A DNA stretch of 64,000 nucleotides, from the IMG/VR virus record IMGVR_UViG_3300043786_001842; one strand, 5' to 3'. Positions within the stretch are counted from its first letter, which is position 1. Each line of letters starts with the position of its first letter. The position numbers were made by a program, and so were the translations under genes. The notes beneath the pieces were generated by a model. That model was not told where the DNA came from, ran no database searches, and saw nothing but the letters and a program-made list of their open reading frames with translations. This document shows positions 60,501 to 64,000 of this stretch, one piece after another. Origin of the DNA: an uncultured virus (IMG/VR IMGVR_UViG_3300043786_001842). Its lineage: Duplodnaviria; Heunggongvirae; Uroviricota; Caudoviricetes.

Positions 60501-60981
60501 CCAGCACTGCGCTCTCGATGTCCCGGATGCGTTTGGCACTTCTGAACTCGATGGTGTGCTCTTGACCGTCGCGCCACACGGTCGCCTTCAGATACGTCGA
60601 GGTCGCCGTGACCGCCTTCAAGCCGGTTCCGTGTAGACCGCCGGAAATTCCATAGGACGTACCGAACTTTCCGCCTGAGTGAGCTTTGGTAAGAACGACT
60701 TCGAGGGTGGACAGACCGGGGTGCTTGGAGTGCTCCTCGACCGGGATGCCACGCGCCTCATCTTCGACACTGATGAGATGGGATGCAGCGTCAACGGAAA
60801 TGGTGATGGTGCTTCCATGCCCATTCATGTGCTCGTCAATCGCATTATCGATCACCTCGCGCACCGCTACTGCCACCCCGTCATCATCCGCGCTTCCAAG
60901 GTACATTCCAACACGAGCCCTGATAGCATCGAGGATCTCCAAAGTGTCGATGTCTGCTGCAGTGTATGTCTTTTTCGACAT
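54596..60981 (-). CDS. gyrB: DNA gyrase subunit B; exons 60981-59935, 58643-58380, 57151-57076, 56028-54596, plus a mini-intein
   Basis: GHKL motifs EVIDNAIDE, HSGGKF and GGLHGTG. Spliced FKGQSKGTLSN, VEGDSAG, KGKPLN and DADIDG|SHI. Joined CDS is 940 codons in frame. Confidence 0.92.
55421..55849 (-). mobile_element. Mini-intein (143 aa) in GyrB TOPRIM
   Basis: CFVGDT start, CTPDH block B, VYDLTV..HHNF and YVHN|S. No endonuclease domain. Confidence 0.92.
56029..57075 (-). mobile_element. Group I intron 3 of gyrB (1047 nt)
   Basis: AACTGCCAGAAA, AACCGGCAA, TCAACGGCCAT and GACATGGTC. Junction CCG T|TA AAC gives P-L-N. Confidence 0.85.
56191..56880 (-). CDS. Intron-encoded NUMOD4-HNH homing endonuclease
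   Basis: ENWKP...YRVSNLGRV, VHRLVVEAFL and VNHIDGSKRNN..SNLEWVS.KEN..HA. Confidence 0.92.
   Translation of the reverse strand: MKSLSISNPQHVAFLTENYLHKSNPEMAHELETTVGAVTGLLQRLNLRRPIRKSQVETLPGENWKPCVHHPGYRVSNLGRVANGDTLLIQTINGRGYMQVKMYDKSGERKSERVHRLVVEAFLPKPRFGQSQVNHIDGSKRNNAASNLEWVSGKENVQHAVANGLVRRRSGTEHPMCKYPESLIRQICLKLAAGETPPVIERELGIRRGYVSTIASKRIWKKVSDEYFR
57152..58379 (-). mobile_element. Group I intron 2 of gyrB (1228 nt)
   Basis: P1 GAGGGT/GCTCTC, AATTGCTGGAA, AATCAGCAG, TCAACGACTAG and GATATAGTC. Junction GGT|GAT restores VEGDSAG. Confidence 0.9.
57379..58185 (-). CDS. Intron-encoded AntA/AntB antirepressor-domain protein
   Basis: VNARELHAFLEVGKDFSNWIKDR...DYHISLDMAKELAMVERNERG..ARKYFIECE. 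GAAGGA RBS. Confidence 0.85.
   Translation of the reverse strand: MDTQDEILMKLTEQPVGNAVVPTVNARELHAFLEVGKDFSNWIKDRVEKYEFVENQDFTTALQNGSAVGNRGGGSNRIDYHISLDMAKELAMVERNERGRAARKYFIECERQLRERQASSATRSRLEIARELVATLEREEALREQVRRSVMFRRSEITPGNQHISVKEIKAIYAPYLAEDKIRLILNYYGHPKTNFQFGDSENASFPTFERNGVDDALARFRIEASHRISTSGMTVILEHDCLLNATVRVSKDDAISYLGYSEGDFEG
58644..59934 (-). mobile_element. Group I intron 1 of gyrB (1291 nt)
   Basis: P1 AAGGGT/GCTCTT, AATTGCTGGAAA, GATCAGCAG, TCAACGACTAT and GATATAGTC. Ends ...ATAGG|ACA TTG. Confidence 0.88.
58665..59630 (-). CDS. Intron-encoded endonuclease: three Zn-binding repeats plus Vsr/EDxHD-like nuclease domain
   Basis: Three H..CG...CPxC repeats, then FDF...IEYDGRQH...D..K..FC..G..LLRIPY. 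Confidence 0.85.
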   Translation of the reverse strand: MPAKMTHEQFAEIVRDRGQNQYRLLDLYQTTHHKIRFEHIECGYIFEMRPSRFVCGDRCPKCGNAVRKTHSEYVAELEKHFPGEYLVLGKYVNTMTPILTRHQCGYEWEISPNTMLRRVRKPHAGCPQCNKKHRRTHDDFVREIAVLVGTEYSVLGKYRNFREKVEFRHETCGQTFDMSSGLFLGGCRCPYCALRNKTSKAVQAIENWLTSHGRSYEREVALEGCVFQRQLKFDFLVDESLLIEYDGRQHFIVGPNWKVDMLVMQERDAFKTNFCQERGYPLLRIPYVSDVVQVLEDVLVRGMDPWSVTEREFGRLELDGE

Positions 60982-61082
60982 GTGCTACTCTCCTTCGTGG
61001 ACTGCGAAATTGCTAGTCTGATACAAAACAAAAGTAAGATTTTGATGCCAGTATCATTTCTCCTAAGTAAATTGATGGCCGA

Positions 61083-61580
61083 CTAACATTCGACCAGAAA
61101 CCAGAGTGCGGCAATCACCGCGATAATGGTGAGCAGCCTCGAGGGAAGGTACTCAGCCAGGTGATCGCTGAAGCTGTAGCGCCCGCCGGACCACCGGCCG
61201 TGCCCGTAGTACGAGTCATCCATGTCCGCCCCCGCAACGATCTGACCTCGGGCAGCGCTCGCAGCCAGTCGGGAGTTTGGTACACGCCCACACGACAAAG
61301 ACCGCAACCAGAAGCAATGGTGGCATGATCAGCACCAACAATTCTTCACTCATTCTCTTCCTCCAGGGTTGATACAAATTGATGATATTCGAGGGATGAC
61401 CAATTCCGACTCTCGATGGTAACCGAGCAAAAAAGAGGGGAGCCTTCAATCCCTCTTCTTTTAATTGCTCGGTTGTCCCAAAGCTTGTCGACGCGATTAT
61501 TTTCGCCTGCGCCAGAGCCATGCCTGAGCCATGCCGATGACAACCGGCACCAGAACTGCCATTACGACCAGAGTACTCAT
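61083..61580 (-). CDS. Three tiny membrane-peptide ORFs (61083-61223, 61216-61353, 61497-61580)
   Basis: Each has one hydrophobic helix. Terminator hairpins near 61430-61462 and 61594-61620. Confidence 0.5.
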
Positions 61581-61634
61581 AATGCCCCCAATAAAAAGAG
61601 GGACCTCTCGGTCCCTCTTTCAAAGCGCGATTTC

Positions 61635-63131
61635 TTAGCAGACCTCGAAGTACTCCTCGAAGTCCACCAGCGCGATCACCCGCGCCTCACCCAGGTCCAC
61701 ACCCATGCCGCCGGGGCGGCGGGGTGCGATGACGACCTGGCGGAGGTCGGCGTCGACGCACTCGAAATCGAGCGCGTTGTACAGCGGGCCGATGACGACC
61801 TCCCATACGACGCCCTCGTAGATGGCGCACTGGCGGGGCTGGTCCACTCCGGCGGCCTCGATGGTGCGCTTGCGCACCCCGAGGTTGGCCAGGCCGATCG
61901 CCGAGCCGTAGTGCGGGGGCTCGCTGATCTCGACCTCGACCTCCGCCTCGCCGGCCCGCAGAGCGGCGACGGCCTCGCCGACGGTCGCCGTGCTCGTGCC
62001 ACCCTTCGGCCGCTCACCTTCCTTCGCGGCCTTTCGGCGCGCGATGTGACCCTCCTTCTCCTCGCGCTTACTTTTGAGGAAAGAGTAGAGCGCGTCGGCC
62101 GCGTCGATGGCGTCGGCCGCGATCGCATCGATGTCCCGTTGAAGCTGGGCCATCCGCGCGTCGATCTCACTCGCCCGCGCGGGAGTCACCGCCTCGCCGG
62201 TCTCCCTGGAGGTGGATCGGAGGTTGACGTAGTCGCCGATTGTGGCTTCCACCTCCTCCTCCGTCCACTGCTCACCGTTTGCGCGGTCGGCGAAAACGCC
62301 GAAGACCTTGGCGCGAAGCACCGCGTTCTCCTGCGGCACGTTCGCCATGGTCTGGAGGTCTTTTGCCATGACCTCCATCCACTCCATCATCCTCGACGCC
62401 GCCGAGCAGATGGCCGCGACGGGGAAACCGTCGTCGGTCCACCCGTCGTCGAGCATCGCCAGGAGGAAGTGGACCCCGATGTCGGGGCACGCGATGGCCT
62501 TCTCCCGGGCCACAGGAGAGCGGAGCGCGGCAATCGGCAGCCGCTTTGCAGCGTCTAGGCTTTCCAAGGCTCTTTCCGGCAGCTTTCCGGAGAAGCCTTG
62601 GAAAACGTCCAGACAGCTGGACGCCGCCCGCGGGCTGTCCGCGGGCTCGAGGGTGGGGTCAGCACCCTTCCTCGCCTTGATCCGGACGAACTTCCCGTCC
62701 TGGGAGGCGGGAAGCTCCCCGAGCACCCGCTGGAAGAGGCTCTTCCAGCGGGTGGACTTCCGCTGGATCCCAACAACATCGGCCCGCATCAGCAGGTCGA
62801 CGATGGCGACGGCCCGGCGGCCTGCTGACGGTTTGCCGCTGAGGTCGGCGAGCATGGCGGCAGAGCTGACCGCCATGCTCGCCAGAGCGAACATGTTGGG
62901 TAACTCGTATTGCCCGGCCACGTGGTCGGCCAGCACGGCCAGCTTCGCAACCGCGTCCCGGATGGGACGCAGCTGCGGGCGGGCGGCGGGCAGCGCCACC
63001 TTTTTCCCGTCCTTGGCCGCGAGGGCCAGAGACGGGGCTTTCACCTTCTCTTCGCGGCGACGGCGAGTCGCCTCGGCAACGGAGATGGTCTTGATCTCGC
63101 CAAGGTGGTTCTTCAACTCATGCAGCTTCAT
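61635..63131 (-). CDS. Hypothetical protein
   Basis: AAGGAG RBS before MKLHELK. Promoter motif at 63235. Confidence 0.7.
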   Translation of the reverse strand: MKLHELKNHLGEIKTISVAEATRRRREEKVKAPSLALAAKDGKKVALPAARPQLRPIRDAVAKLAVLADHVAGQYELPNMFALASMAVSSAAMLADLSGKPSAGRRAVAIVDLLMRADVVGIQRKSTRWKSLFQRVLGELPASQDGKFVRIKARKGADPTLEPADSPRAASSCLDVFQGFSGKLPERALESLDAAKRLPIAALRSPVAREKAIACPDIGVHFLLAMLDDGWTDDGFPVAAICSAASRMMEWMEVMAKDLQTMANVPQENAVLRAKVFGVFADRANGEQWTEEEVEATIGDYVNLRSTSRETGEAVTPARASEIDARMAQLQRDIDAIAADAIDAADALYSFLKSKREEKEGHIARRKAAKEGERPKGGTSTATVGEAVAALRAGEAEVEVEISEPPHYGSAIGLANLGVRKRTIEAAGVDQPRQCAIYEGVVWEVVIGPLYNALDFECVDADLRQVVIAPRRPGGMGVDLGEARVIALVDFEEYFEVC

Positions 63132-63343
63132 TACTCTACTCCTTGTGAACGTGGAAATCCCCTGTCCGCGTCCGGACAGGGGTACATCGGACAAACTACG
63201 GGCTCGGGTCGCGTTGGAACTCGCATCCCAAGTGAATAATATACTTTGATCCTTTGGGGGCTTTACGCCCCCAAAGATGATGCATGAGGTCTCTAGAGGC
63301 CCGATGCCAGGAGGGGCATCGGGTGCGGCGGCGCGCGGTCGCG

Positions 63344-64000
63344 CTATCTGACCAGTCTCGCGAGCTCGTCGAGCATCTCGTCGCCCTCGCGCCCGTAGAT
63401 CGGGTCGACGGCGTACGACGACATCACGTCGGCCCCCGCCTGGTGCGTGGACATGAGCGCGAAGAAGTATCCGGCGTCCTCCATTGCGAGCATGGACGGG
63501 GCGCCGTACAGAGACACGAATGTCTGGATGAAGCCGCGCACGGTCAGGCGAGAGGCCCACGGGGCGGCCTTGGACAGCGCCTCCAGGAACGCCCCGAGGT
63601 CGAGCGCGTACAGCTCTTTCTGAGAGGAGACTCCGGCGGACGCGGCCGCGTCCGTCTCAAACTGGGAGAGCGCGGCCCGGGCGGTGCCGGCGACGGTCTC
63701 GGCAGCCGTCGCGTCCGCCGTCTCGGTGGCAGCGCGCCCGAGCATCCCCACCAGGAAGTACTTCGCGAAGACGTACTTCAGCTGGTCGCTGCGCATCCGG
63801 TCCATCCCGGCACCAGTGATGCGGTCGGCCACCTTGTGCATCATTCGGGAATACACGGCGGCGCCGGTCTTGCCGAGTGGGAGGCTGGCGGAGATCTTGG
63901 GCCACTGGTCGTACGCGTCCACCAGGACCGCGCCGAGGGAGAGCATCCCGTACAGGCGCCGGGGGTCAACGGACGAGGCGCCCGAGGACGGAACATAGGG
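63344..64000 (-). CDS. Hypothetical protein, 5' end outside window
   Basis: Open frame runs to the window edge. Confidence 0.6.
   Translation of the reverse strand, partial: PYVPSSGASSVDPRRLYGMLSLGAVLVDAYDQWPKISASLPLGKTGAAVYSRMMHKVADRITGAGMDRMRSDQLKYVFAKYFLVGMLGRAATETADATAAETVAGTARAALSQFETDAAASAGVSSQKELYALDLGAFLEALSKAAPWASRLTVRGFIQTFVSLYGAPSMLAMEDAGYFFALMSTHQAGADVMSSYAVDPIYGREGDEMLDELARLVR

Larger units (their letters stand above)
17008..63242 (-). promoter_or_regulatory. Dispersed promoter motif ATAT(C/T)AT(T/C), 13 intergenic copies
   Basis: + strand RATRATAT at 17008, 22618, 25995, 30265, 34173, 38857, 40905, 41391, 41693, 44323, 52125, 61381 and 63235, each upstream of a - strand gene. 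Confidence 0.75.

Noticed and set aside
47125..60981. Bacterial chromosome origin suggested by gyrA, gyrB, ligA, recA, HU and CheY
   Set aside because: Portal, tail fibre, split RNAP and polymerase genes, strong divergence and dense small ORFs indicate a jumbo phage.

Overview
GC-rich segment of a jumbo phage genome resembling the phiKZ/AR9 lineages with split multisubunit RNA polymerases. The left end (+ strand) encodes a repeat-rich tail fibre, a 13-repeat FG-GAP beta-propeller protein and a probable fibre chaperone. Nearly everything else is on the - strand: portal, the N-terminal part of a split family B DNA polymerase, HU, NAD-dependent ligase, a Spo11/TopoVI-A-like protein, two different RNAP beta C-terminal subunits, RecA, GyrA, GyrB, tRNA-Thr(CGT), an Acb1-like 2H phosphoesterase, a CheY-like receiver, a DHH phosphoesterase and many small hypothetical genes. 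Core genes carry five group I introns (polB, rpoB, three in gyrB), whose junctions I reconstructed by hand and which restore conserved motifs in frame, plus two inteins (a Glu-initiated class 3 intein in RecA and a mini-intein in GyrB). The most unusual items are a group I intron carrying an AntA-antirepressor-like ORF instead of a nuclease, a J-domain/kinase-vWA-divergent PurA module, adenine-patterned variability in the FG-GAP repeats, a recurrent ATATCATT promoter motif and a 9-codon leader peptide with attenuator-like structure. All calls come from motif recognition by eye; no database searches were run.
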